Assembly: GCA_944322095.1 (NCBI GenBank)
Contig: CALUNU010000013.1
Coordinates: 466 to 64,465 of the forward strand
DNA from: an uncultured Alloprevotella sp.
GTDB taxonomy: Bacteria; Bacteroidota; Bacteroidia; Bacteroidales; Bacteroidaceae
Direction: 5' to 3'
Length of the DNA: 64,000 nucleotides
Shown: in pieces, positions 1 through 10,418 of the stretch
Layout: each line of letters starts with the position of its first letter
How positions within the stretch are numbered: position 1 is the stretch's first letter
The notes under the pieces: generated by a model
What the model was told of the DNA's origin: nothing
Seen by the model: only the letters and a program-made list of their open reading frames with translations
The model's database searches: none
Translations under genes and position numbers: made by a program

Positions 1-140
1 TGAGAACTGCCCTTGGTTTTCTGAAAATTCCCCATGGATTTCTGAAAACTGCCCATGGATTTCTGAAAACTGCCCATGGATTTCTGAAAACTGCCCATGG
101 ATTTCTGAAAACTGCCCATGGATTTCTGAAAACTGCCCAT
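1..140. repeat. 21-bp tandem repeat (GGATTTCTGAAAACTGCCCAT), 5 perfect copies plus degenerate copies running off the window edge
   Basis: Identical units at 36-56, 57-77, 78-98, 99-119 and 120-140. Degenerate unit ggttttctgaaaattccccat at 15-35 and a partial unit at 1-14. No spacers. Confidence 0.95.
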
Positions 141-348
141 GTTTTGCTCTAAAAGTCCCTCTGCGTGGCTGTTTGCGCGCGGACAACGTTTGGCCGAACG
201 CGTCCGCCTTAACGTTTTGGCGGATGGTGCGCATGGCTGTTCCCTGCTTTGTCGTGCCGTCCCCCGGGCTTTCCGGGGGTGGCGGCGCGGTGCGCACGAG
301 CGGACTTCGGGCCCGGACGGGCTTGTGCGGCCTGACGGCCGGCCCGGG

Positions 349-1619
<1,271 letters not shown>

Positions 1620-1627
<8 letters not shown>

Positions 1628-4600
1628 GGCTTTGCTCGTTGGATGTTTCTTCTTGGGCGTTGTCTTCTTTCTTAAAGCCGAGGATGTTTCCTATGCGGTC
1701 TACACGCAGGGGTATGCAAGATTCCTGTATCATTTCGCCTGTTAGAGCTCTTCCAATTTTATTTAGGGATTCAAATTCTATCTTGTTTACAATTGGAAAG
1801 CTTACATAATATGGAAGATAAAGGCTTACTCGCCCGGTGCTCGACACCATCTTATATATGCGTCTCTTATCCAGCGGTTGTCTGATGGCCCCACATTCCC
1901 GTTCCTCTGCCGTGGGCAGGTATACCAAGTCGCCCGGTGAGAGCACGTAGGTGGGGCGTTCGCCTTTATCGTTTGGCGCGACGGGTGGGAGGCCTTGCAT
2001 CAGACGGCCAACGGCGTCGCGAAGCGATATGGTTTCGTATGAGCGTTTGCTGATGGTGCGTCCGCTTTCGGGGTCGGTTGTGCGCGTTTCGTAGATGGCG
2101 TAGTAGAGGTTGGTGCCCTTGTCGGCTTCGACGAACTTTTCGGCTTTGTTGCCCCGTGTGCCGACAGCAAACTTTTCGGCCTTTTCATACATACGTACCT
2201 TGCGGATGGGCTGATGCCGCCTTCCACCTGTGTAAAGAGTGATGTCGCGGTTCATGCGTTCGATACCCTCTGGGCTGAAAGCCACGGTGGGGTCGCCGCC
2301 CATGGCGTCCAAATAGCGGAGCAGGATTTGCTGTATGCCTGTGTCGGTGATTTCGTTTTTGATTTTTTTCCTGTCGAAACTTGTGTCGAGGGGTTTTCGC
2401 GAAGCGAAGTAGCGATCTTTGGTGTCGCGGGTGAAGTAGTAAACGGGGATGTGCTTCAAGTCGACTTCCTGCCAGGCCTCATGGTTGGCGGCGAAGTATT
2501 GCTCAATGGCCTTGCGGCCGAAGCCGCGATTTATAAACTCTTGCAACTTGTGCTTCAAGTCCTTGTCGACAATGGCTGCCGGGTTTTCCATGGCCACCCG
2601 CAGGGGCACGGTTTTCGTCCGTCGCAGGTTGACTTCGCCGTAGACGGTGTCTTTGTGCAACGATTTGCGCACGACGTGCTGGCTGCCTTTCGTCTGTGCC
2701 ACGCGCACCTTTCGCCCCTCGTCGTTGTAGTGTTCGTAGTAGTTGGTGCTCTTGGTCTGTACACGGCGGTTCTGCTTGAAGCTGACGACGATGCCGGCGA
2801 GCGTGTCGTAGACGTCCTGGGTGAACGTTTCCCACGGCTTCCTGACGCGCCAGCTGTATCGCCCTGTGGTGGCGTCCCATTCCTTTTCGCACAAGAGACG
2901 TTGCAGGTCTTTTCTCGCCACCTCCGCATGGGTGCTGGCCGACTCGTTGTTCAGGTAGTTCACCATGCTGCGTGTGGCACAGGCCGTAACGATGGCGTCC
3001 ATGGCGTGATGGCGGTGGTCGATGCGTTTAAAGCTGAAGCTCCGCTGCTGTTCGAGCGGCATGTGGGGGATGAGGTGCCCGCCGGCGGTGCGTGTGGTGT
3101 AGAGCTCCGAATGTGTCATTTCGTTCATCCTGACAAAGCGGGGCAGGATGAGGCGGTTCCAGGCGTCGTGTATGCCCCAGTCTTTTTTCAGGCGGTCGGT
3201 TACGCCGCCGGTGGTGCTCACGACGCGGCGCGAGGTGGCTTCGCTTTCACCCTCGGCGCGTACGATGCGCGAAAGGAGCGACAGAATGGTGCGCGTGATG
3301 TAGCGCGTGTCGTTGAGCTGACGCTGGATGAAGCCGTCGGGGATGTCGTCCATGAGGAGCTTCCGCTGCTTGCCTTTGAGGGCGGCATAATGCTCTTTGA
3401 CGAAGGCTTCGTAGGCTGTCGTCGTGGAAATGGTCACGACGCCTCCGCCCGAGAGTGTCACTTTCTGCCCTGCGCACTCTCGGATGAATTCGTAAGCCAG
3501 CCTTGCCCCTTTCAGTTGGTTCACTTCGGCTTCGCAGATCACCTTGTTGCTCAGCGAGTCGTCGAAGTAGCGCGCCTGCGGGATGATGTGTTCTATCTGA
3601 TAGGCCGGGGTGAAGAGTTTGCCCAGCGGGATGACGGCTCCCGTGTAGGGCGAGCAGTAGCGCTGTTCGAGCCAGAGGCGGTAGCGCATGATTTCGGCCT
3701 TCGAGGGGCGTTTGGCGGCGTCGCTCTCGTTGAACTTTCGCAGCGTTTCCGCGATGTCGGCAGGCAGCTCTTTTTCGCCGGCCAGCGCGGCCTCTTCGAA
3801 GATGCGCAGCAGCGTCTGCTGGTTGGGCGAGAAGGGGCGCACGTTCTCCACCTCAAACTCGGGGTTCATAAACGCCGTGAGCAGGGCCTTGATGCGCAGG
3901 TTGGTGCGTTCGTTTTCGAGGATAGCCGTGGTGCGGTCTTTCCGTTCCTTGGCGGTGAGCTTCATCTCGCGGGCGGTCTCCACGTGTATTTCGTCGATGT
4001 GGCCCTCCTGCCGCCACACGTCGCGCACAACGCGCAGCGTTTCGAGCAGCGTGGTTTCAACGGTGGGGTTGCGCAGGGCGTGCTGTCGCCAGCCGGCCAG
4101 AAAGCGGTCGATGTCGTCGGGCGAGGTCCACCGCTCCGAGTCGCCAGCCTCGCTATGGCGGCCGTAAACGGCGTAGCAGGCCAGCCATGTGGGCAGACCC
4201 TGAAAGTCGTCCGCGGTTTTCAGCATGCCAAGGGCTTCCGCGGCTTTCTCGGGCAGGGGGGAGCCGTCGGCAGCTGCCGGGGCTTCAATGCGGCAGCGTG
4301 TGGCGCTGTCGATGGCGTCGGTCTGCCAGTGGTGTCCGCGGCGCATGAGGGGCAGGAGCTTCCCGATGGCTTTGGCCGAAAGGCTGCCGTAGTCGCGGGC
4401 AAAGGGCGGCGTGCGGCGGAAGGCTTCGGCCGTGGCCTCGACGTCGAGTCCGTGTTTTGCGGCAAAGGTGCGCAGGCCTTTTTCGAGCTCGGCGGGGTCG
4501 GACACGGAGTAGAGCAGGTGCCACAGGGCCAGCTCCCTTTCCTCTGTGAGCCAGCCGGCGGGGGCGCCCGCCTGTTTCAGGCGGGCGCGCAGCAGGTGGC

Positions 4601-6194
4601 GCGTTTCGCCGCCGGGGTAGCTTTTTTCTTCGGGATAGTTCCAGCGATATTCCTTTTCCGAAAGTTTCAGCAGTTTTAAAACGTCTTTCTGCTTGACTTC
4701 TTTTCTTTCTATCAGTGCGTCGTAGAGGCGGGCATAGGCTTCGTGGTGGGGCAGGGCTTCGGCCGTGGCGTCCACGTCGGTTTTGCTCACGCCACCATCC
4801 GTCTGCCGGCGCCGGTAAATGCGCAGGTTGGCCAGAAACTGCCACAGGCGGAACTCCTGGAACAGCGGGTGCGAGCGGGCGATGCACTTGATGCCTACGT
4901 GTTTTATTTCGCCCGTTTCGTGGTCGGCATATTCGTAGCGTTCGTACGGGCAGTCGGCTATGAGTGACTTTTTGCTGCGCAGCGGGCGCTGGTAGAAGAG
5001 CACGTCGTCGACGATGAGGCGCACAAAGCCTCCGCCCCTCACCTGTGCGCGGTGAGCGGGGTTGTGGGTGTAGAGTTCGTCGAGGCAGGCTTCGAGCAGC
5101 GCGGCGTCGTGCAGCTCGGGGTGGAAGCGTTGCTGCGAGCGGACGATGGCCAGTGCCTCGTCGCGGTAGTAGCGGCGGTCGATGGTGCGCACCAGGCGGC
5201 CGCGCACCTTGCGTCGGGGCTCTTCGCGCAGCTTTTCGTAGATGTAGCTGCCCACGGTGGTGCCGGCAGCGTCGATGTCGTGCTGGGCTTTGGCTTTGAC
5301 GAGGGCCCATTCGGTGTCCCATTCCTCCTCGGTGGGCACTTTGAAGCGCCGAGCGGGGCCGTCGAGCTGTGCGTCGTGGCGGGGCTGCCCGTCGCGGTCG
5401 AGCTCGGTGCTCACGATGAGGCTCAGCCGCTGCCCCGTCCACTCGGGCACGTCGCGGCGGAATACTTTTCCGCGCGTTCCGTCGGCGAGCGTGACGATGA
5501 TGACCTTTGAGCCTTTGAACGTCTCGCCCGTGTCCTGCACGTCGGTCACCACCTGTTCGTCGAAGCGCTCTTCGGTCTTTTTCTTCCGGCTTTCTTCTTC
5601 CTCCTCGCCGCGCAGCTGGTGGTAGCCGCGTTTTTGGTTGAAGCTCAGGAGTACCCATGCCAGTTCTTCCCGCGATATTTTCTGTGTCAGGGCTTTTCGG
5701 CGCAGGTAGTAGAGCGTCCAGTCGTGCGGCAGCTTTAAGGAGGCGTCCGTCGCGGGGGCGGCATGGGCACGGAAGTCGGCCACCATTTCTTCAAAGGCTG
5801 TTTCAAAGAGGAAGCGCCGCCCGCCGTCGGCCGCGGGAGCCCAAGCCAGGGGGCAGCCCCGCGCGTCGGTAAATTTTCCGTAGCGGTCGAGCGCGGCCTC
5901 GAAGTGGGGCGGCAGGAAACCCAGCGTGCGCAGCACGCGGCAGAGGCGTTCGCGGCGCAATCGGGCGCGTTCGAGCAGGCGTCGCACGCTTCTGAAGCCG
6001 GTGCGCTCGGCCGTTTGCGACTGCTTGCCGCCTAAGTTGAATTTACCGAGTTCGGCTGCGTCCATGGGGAGTACGCGCACGCCGGCTGCCTTGATGGCCC
6101 GCGGCGTCTCGGGGGCTTCGCTGCTTTGACTGTATTCCACGACGGCCCAGCCGATGCTGCCGGGGCCCAGGTCGAGACCTAATTTATTTTTCAT
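1620..6194 (-). CDS. cas9: Type II-C CRISPR effector Cas9 (about 1524 aa)
   Basis: RuvC-I GLDLGPGSIGWAV, Arg-rich bridge helix (RSVRRLLERARLRRERL), RuvC-II IHVETARE, HNH IEHIIPQ...DDSLSNKVIC..VNQLK, RuvC-III HRHHAMDAIV. Followed by cas1-cas2 with no csn2 or cas4. Start placed at MKNKLGLD (6194). Confidence 0.97.
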
Positions 6195-6218
6195 GGTACG
6201 GAATTTTAAAATTTTGCT

Positions 6219-6226
6219 CAAATCTA
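6219..6226 (-). promoter_or_regulatory. Candidate -7 promoter box for cas9
   Basis: Minus strand TAGATTTG matches the Bacteroidota TAnnTTTG consensus, about 25 nt upstream of the cas9 ATG. No clear -33 TTTG. Confidence 0.5.
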
Positions 6227-6282
6227 AGCATTTCTTTTGACACGGGCGCGCTGCTCGCTGCATTTTAACCCGGTTGAGGGGT

Positions 6283-6378
6283 AAAAACAAAAATGGCCCG
6301 CCGATATAGGACGACGGGCCGGAACCTGATAGTTTTCACAACGGAATAATCCTTATTGTGATTTGCTTCAAATTAGCT
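6283..6378 (-). ncRNA. tracrRNA: tracrRNA of the type II-C system
   Basis: Minus strand reads CTAATTTGAAGCAAATCACAAT (anti-repeat, complementary to the GTTGTGATTTGCTTTCAAATTAG 5' end recalled for Bacteroides II-C repeats), then AAGGATTATTCCGTTGTGAAAAC. It ends in a 9-bp hairpin GGCCCGTCG/CGGCGGGCC and ATTTTTGTTTTT. Located just upstream of cas9. Confidence 0.88.
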
Positions 6379-6383
6379 GTGGG

Positions 6384-6415
6384 CAAAGCTACGCATTTTT
6401 TCGCGCGGCTGCAAA
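6384..6415 (-). promoter_or_regulatory. tracrRNA promoter (-33/-7)
   Basis: Minus strand TTTG (6415-6412), 20-nt spacer, TAGCTTTG (6391-6384). Matches the consensus and lies directly 5' of the anti-repeat. Confidence 0.75.
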
Positions 6416-6473
6416 TGTTTTCGCACGTTTTTTTCGCGTGGCTTCTGGCCGTGGCTGTGCGGGGCGGGGCTGC

Positions 6474-9074
6474 TCACCGTGCCGGCACGGCCACTTTCTG
6501 CGTGTGCATGCCGTCCTCGCCGGTCAGGCTCACCACGTAGGTGCCGGCGGGCAGGGCGGTGGCGAGCGTGGTGCGCCCCGGCCCGAGCGTGGTGCGGGCC
6601 ACGGTGCGTCCGTCGGCTGCCGTGACGGTGCAGAGGGTGGGGGCCGACGTGGTTGCCGCAGCCGCTACGGTGAGGCTGCCGCCTGCCACGTCTATCTGCC
6701 AGCTGCGGCCTGACGTGGCGGCGCTGATGCCGCTGGGAGCGGCGGGCATGTCGACGCTCGTCACGACGGTGTCGACGTTGGCGGCTATCTCGTCGTTCTG
6801 GGCCCGGATGAGGCTGCGCTCGTCGCTCACGCGCAGGTCGTTGCCCATGTCGAAATACATCGTGCCGCGCAGGTCGTGCTCGATGACGAACTGCTGTTTG
6901 CGGCGCACGAGGTCGGTGCCGTTGAACTTCTTGACCGAGCCGTTGCAGTTCCACTCGTTCAGGTCGGAGCGGTAGCTTGGGCCGTCGAAGCCGTACTTCT
7001 CGAAGAGGTCTTTGTAGCCCTCGACGGCGGTCTTGCCGTCGGTGATGAGGTTGCCGTAGGAGAGCAGGAGCTTGTCGGCGGGATAGCCGTAGGAGGTGAA
7101 GTTGTTGTAGGCTTGCTCGTAGTAGTCCCACGTGTAGGTGTTGGGCTGCGGGCCGTAGATCTGCATCGTAAAATAGTCGACGTCTGCCAGGAGCGACTTG
7201 TCGAACCCGTTATAGGACACGTTGTGGAGCGAGCAGGAGAAAATCTTGTCGGGGTGGTGGTCCATCACTTCGCGCGCGAGGCGGCGCACGATGTTGTTGT
7301 AGATGTTCCATTGGTTTTGGTTGTACATCCATTCGAAATCGACGTCCAGCCCGTCACACTCGTTTACGAGGCGCTTGCAGTCGGCTATGAAGCGGTCGGC
7401 GTTGGCTTTGCTGCCCAGCACGTTGAGCCATCCCTCGCTTGACCCGTTGATCAGGCCGAAGCGTATGCGGGCGCCGGTGTGGCCGGCATAGTAGGAGCGC
7501 ATGATTTCCACCATGTGGGTATAGCTTTGGAAGTCTTTGCCGGGGTTGTCGGGGTCGTCGCCCGTCCAGTAGGAGTTCAGGAAGTCGTTGTCCCAGTTGC
7601 CAACGTTCCAGCGGAAGGGCTCGGTGGCGTCTGTGGCTATGTGGGCCGAGCGGTCGGAGCCCCACACCATGACGTTGTCCATCTTGCCGTCGAAGCCGGC
7701 GCCGAGCGTGAGGCGGCTGTCTTCGAGAGCTGGAAATTTTGTGATGGTCATGGCGCGTCCGCTCATCTCGATGCCGTCGTCGGCGGTGTAAAGCTGCGAG
7801 GCGAAGCTTCCCCCTTCGTCATTGCCTATGGCGATGCGCACGGGCGACCATCCGGCCTGTCCGGGGCTGCCGGCTGCCGGTTTCAGATATACGGCCACAT
7901 ACTGCCAGCGGCCCGTTTCGAGACGGCCCGCGAGCGTGGCTTGGGTGCCGCACACGTCGACGGTGAGGGCGTGGTCGGCTTCGCTGCCCAGACGCAGGAC
8001 GAGGCAGTTGGCGGCATCCTTGTATTGCGAGAAGAGCTCGGCCCCTTCTATCCATCGGTCGATGTACACCCATCCTTCGACGGTGACGTCGGCCGAGGCT
8101 TGATAGGCCGTGTTGCCGCGCGGGTCGTTTACGCAGTGGGCGTCGGCTGCCGTCATGACGGCGCCTTCGCCGCCGAAGTCGATGAGGCCCGTGCGCCCCT
8201 CGTGTGCGGCCAGATACGTGGCGTTCGTGCCCGTCATGGAGTTGTCGGGAAACTGCATGAAAACGGAGCCGTCGGCGTGTACCTTTCCCGAAAGGACGAC
8301 GACGTCGTTGGTCATGAGATACATGTCACGGTCGATGACCGCGCGGTCCTGGAAGCGCATCAGGTCGGTGTAGCCCGTCACGACGCGGTAGCGGAACTGG
8401 GCGTTGTCCGTTACGGGCACGCGCTGCATGCCCTTGTCGAAGTCGCCGTGATGGCGGCCCGTCTGGTCATACAGGTTGGCGCATTGCGCCTGGTCGCATT
8501 TCCAGTAGGCAGCCAGCGCGTCGATGTTGGGGTTAAACTTGTTCAGCGTGTTCCGCCAGTAGAAGTGGTCTTCGTCGAGCGCGCGCGTCCATACGCGTAT
8601 CTCGTCTATCTGGCCTTTGAGGCCGCGCCCGATGACAACGCTGCGGGCTTCGGCAGCGCAGGCCGTGGCGGCGAATGTCTCGGGGAGCGTACCGGTCACA
8701 AGAAGCTGGCGGCGGCCGGACATGTAGGCTGTGACGCGGCCGTGATCCACTACGACGGTCAGTTGCGTCCAGCCGTTCTTCAATGTCGCGGCCGGCATGG
8801 TGGCACGGCTTTCACCGGCGCGTATCACGATTTGTTCCTTGTCGTCGATTTCGATTGCAAAGTTGTCCTGCGCCAGGAGGGTGCAGGGCGAAAGTTCGTT
8901 CGCCTTCACCCACATTTGGAAAGTGGCTTCCGGGCTTCCGTCCAGCTCGGTCAGCGTCAGGGCTCTTACGGCGCCCGTTCCGTCACGGTTTTCGAGTGCG
9001 TAGTTGACGCTTTGGGCGCCTGCCGTACCCAGCGACAGGGCCAGCGCCAACGACAGTGTACCAATTCTTTTCAT
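6474..9074 (-). CDS. Secreted GH18 glycoside hydrolase (chitinase or endo-beta-N-acetylglucosaminidase-like) with two LamG-like domains and a T9SS-type C-terminal domain (866 aa)
   Basis: Signal peptide MKRIGTLSLALALSLGTAGAQ, LamG-like segments (WTQLTVV...GQIDEIRVW; WQYVAV...GKMDNVMVW), intact DxxDxDxE motif DGLDVDFE, C-terminal GTYVVSL...TQKVAV. Confidence 0.8.
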   Translation of the reverse strand: MKRIGTLSLALALSLGTAGAQSVNYALENRDGTGAVRALTLTELDGSPEATFQMWVKANELSPCTLLAQDNFAIEIDDKEQIVIRAGESRATMPAATLKNGWTQLTVVVDHGRVTAYMSGRRQLLVTGTLPETFAATACAAEARSVVIGRGLKGQIDEIRVWTRALDEDHFYWRNTLNKFNPNIDALAAYWKCDQAQCANLYDQTGRHHGDFDKGMQRVPVTDNAQFRYRVVTGYTDLMRFQDRAVIDRDMYLMTNDVVVLSGKVHADGSVFMQFPDNSMTGTNATYLAAHEGRTGLIDFGGEGAVMTAADAHCVNDPRGNTAYQASADVTVEGWVYIDRWIEGAELFSQYKDAANCLVLRLGSEADHALTVDVCGTQATLAGRLETGRWQYVAVYLKPAAGSPGQAGWSPVRIAIGNDEGGSFASQLYTADDGIEMSGRAMTITKFPALEDSRLTLGAGFDGKMDNVMVWGSDRSAHIATDATEPFRWNVGNWDNDFLNSYWTGDDPDNPGKDFQSYTHMVEIMRSYYAGHTGARIRFGLINGSSEGWLNVLGSKANADRFIADCKRLVNECDGLDVDFEWMYNQNQWNIYNNIVRRLAREVMDHHPDKIFSCSLHNVSYNGFDKSLLADVDYFTMQIYGPQPNTYTWDYYEQAYNNFTSYGYPADKLLLSYGNLITDGKTAVEGYKDLFEKYGFDGPSYRSDLNEWNCNGSVKKFNGTDLVRRKQQFVIEHDLRGTMYFDMGNDLRVSDERSLIRAQNDEIAANVDTVVTSVDMPAAPSGISAATSGRSWQIDVAGGSLTVAAAATTSAPTLCTVTAADGRTVARTTLGPGRTTLATALPAGTYVVSLTGEDGMHTQKVAVPAR

Positions 9075-9107
9075 AGGTTTTTGTGTTTTTTTGAAGTGTG
9101 TTGGCCG

Positions 9108-9608
9108 CAAAGATAGTGCAAGGCGAGTGGAATGCAAAGGAAAAACGCAGTTTTTACTTTCATTCCCGAGCCGCCGCCTATCTTGGGCGGAGCCAAAGTG
9201 TGCAAGGCGAGTGGAATGCAAAGGAAAAACGCAGTTTTTACTTTCATTCCCGAGCCGCCGCCTATCTTGGGCGGAGCCAAAGTGTGCAAGACGTGTGAAA
9301 GGACGAGAAAAACTCCGTTTTTATTTTCTTTTCTCTCGCCTTGCGCTACCTTTGACTTCGTCTTACGTAGGCTGCGGCTCGGCAGAGGAAAGAAAACGCC
9401 TGGTTTCCTTTCCCCTTCTCTCGCCTTGCGCTACCTTTAACTTCGTTTTACGTAGGCTGCGGCTCGGCAGAGGAAAGAAAACGCCTGGTTTCCTTTCCTC
9501 TTCTCTCGCCTTGCGCTACCTTTAAATAAGGTAAGCTGCATTCGGGAAAGCCTGCCCGAAAATCCTTCGGCTTTTCGCCATGCTTTCCGCTCATTTGCGC
9601 TACCTTTG
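9108..9608. repeat. Cluster of ~84-85-bp palindromic intergenic repeat units in both orientations
   Basis: 84-bp tandem period at 9117/9201/9285 and 85-bp period at 9331/9416/9501. Termini 9108-9127 and 9335-9354 are 18/20 inverted repeats. Units contain internal hairpins. Confidence 0.9.
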
Positions 9609-9635
9609 TACCCTAACTTAACGAACTGGAAGCGT

Positions 9636-10244
9636 ATGATAGTCAAGACTGCCGATTTCGTGGTGAGCAACAGCCGCGTGGAGGCCTGCCCGCACGACGG
9701 GCGGCCCGAATATGCCTTTATCGGGCGGAGCAACGTGGGCAAGAGCAGCCTGGTAAACATGCTGACGGGGCGCCGCGCGCTGGCCATGACGTCGGCCACG
9801 CCGGGCAAGACGCTCCTGGTGAACCATTTCCTCATCAACGGCGAATGGTATCTGGTGGATTTGCCGGGATATGGTTACGCACGCCGCGGCAAGCGCGAGC
9901 AGGAACGCCTGCGCCGCCTCATATCGGCCTATGTGCTGGGGCGGGCCGAACTGACGTGCCTTTTTGTGCTCATCGACAGCCGTCTCGAGCCGCAGCGCAT
10001 CGACATGGAGTTCATCACGTGGCTGGGCGAGAACGGCGTGCCCTTTGCCATCGTGTTTACCAAGGCCGACAAGCCCCGCCCCGGGCAGCTCAAAGGCGGC
10101 GTGGAGCGCTTCATGGCCGAGCTCTCCAAGACGTGGGAGACGTTGCCGCCCCATTTCGTCACGAGCAGCGCCACCGGTCGCGGCCGCGAGGAGCTGCTGG
10201 CGTACATCGAGGAAGTGAATACTCAATTGACAATTGATAATTGA
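9636..10244 (+). CDS. engB: Ribosome biogenesis GTP-binding protein YihA/YsxC (202 aa)
   Basis: G1 GRSNVGKS, G3 DLPGYG, G4 TKAD. Start moved to the ATG at 9636. The C-terminal QLTIDN is encoded by the heptamer repeat. Confidence 0.95.
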   Translation: MIVKTADFVVSNSRVEACPHDGRPEYAFIGRSNVGKSSLVNMLTGRRALAMTSATPGKTLLVNHFLINGEWYLVDLPGYGYARRGKREQERLRRLISAYVLGRAELTCLFVLIDSRLEPQRIDMEFITWLGENGVPFAIVFTKADKPRPGQLKGGVERFMAELSKTWETLPPHFVTSSATGRGREELLAYIEEVNTQLTIDN

Positions 10245-10410
10245 CAATTGACAATTGGCAATTGGCAATGAACAATGAGCGATGGACATTAGAGAATGGT
10301 TTATTCCCGGTAGAGACTGCTCCGGGCCCGGATGGCAATTGTCAATTATCCATTGTCAATTGTCAATTCTCAAAGCCCAATTATAAATTATAAATTGTCA
10401 ATTATAAATT
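10224..10410. repeat. Inverted heptamer-array element: (ACAATTG)n, short core, (CAATTGT)n
   Basis: caattga caattga taattga caattga caattgg caattgg on the left, and caattgt caattat ccattgt caattgt caattct on the right. About 60-bp core containing a CCCGG/CCGGG stem. Confidence 0.85.
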
Positions 10411-10418
10411 AAAACAGG

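Noticed and set aside
1-140. 21-bp repeat as the CRISPR array
   Set aside because: Units are directly adjacent with no spacers, are too short, and show no complementarity to the tracrRNA anti-repeat.
2214-4679. Long antisense or alternative-frame ORFs (e.g. 2214-4679, 11673-14234, 35844-39221, 47321-50248, 61020-63071)
   Set aside because: They are shadows of real genes in GC-rich, codon-biased DNA, with no recognisable motifs.
6195-6290. N-terminal extension of Cas9 shown in the ORF track (start 6290)
   Set aside because: It overlaps the tracrRNA terminator and a -7 box, and RuvC-I normally starts within ~10 residues of the N-terminus. The same reasoning moved starts for the GH18, xth, pheA, cysM, murF and folP genes.
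9108-9608. 84/85-bp repeats as a degenerate CRISPR array
   Set aside because: Whole units are duplicated, including the would-be spacers. They occur in both orientations, recur at 14.9 kb and do not match the anti-repeat.
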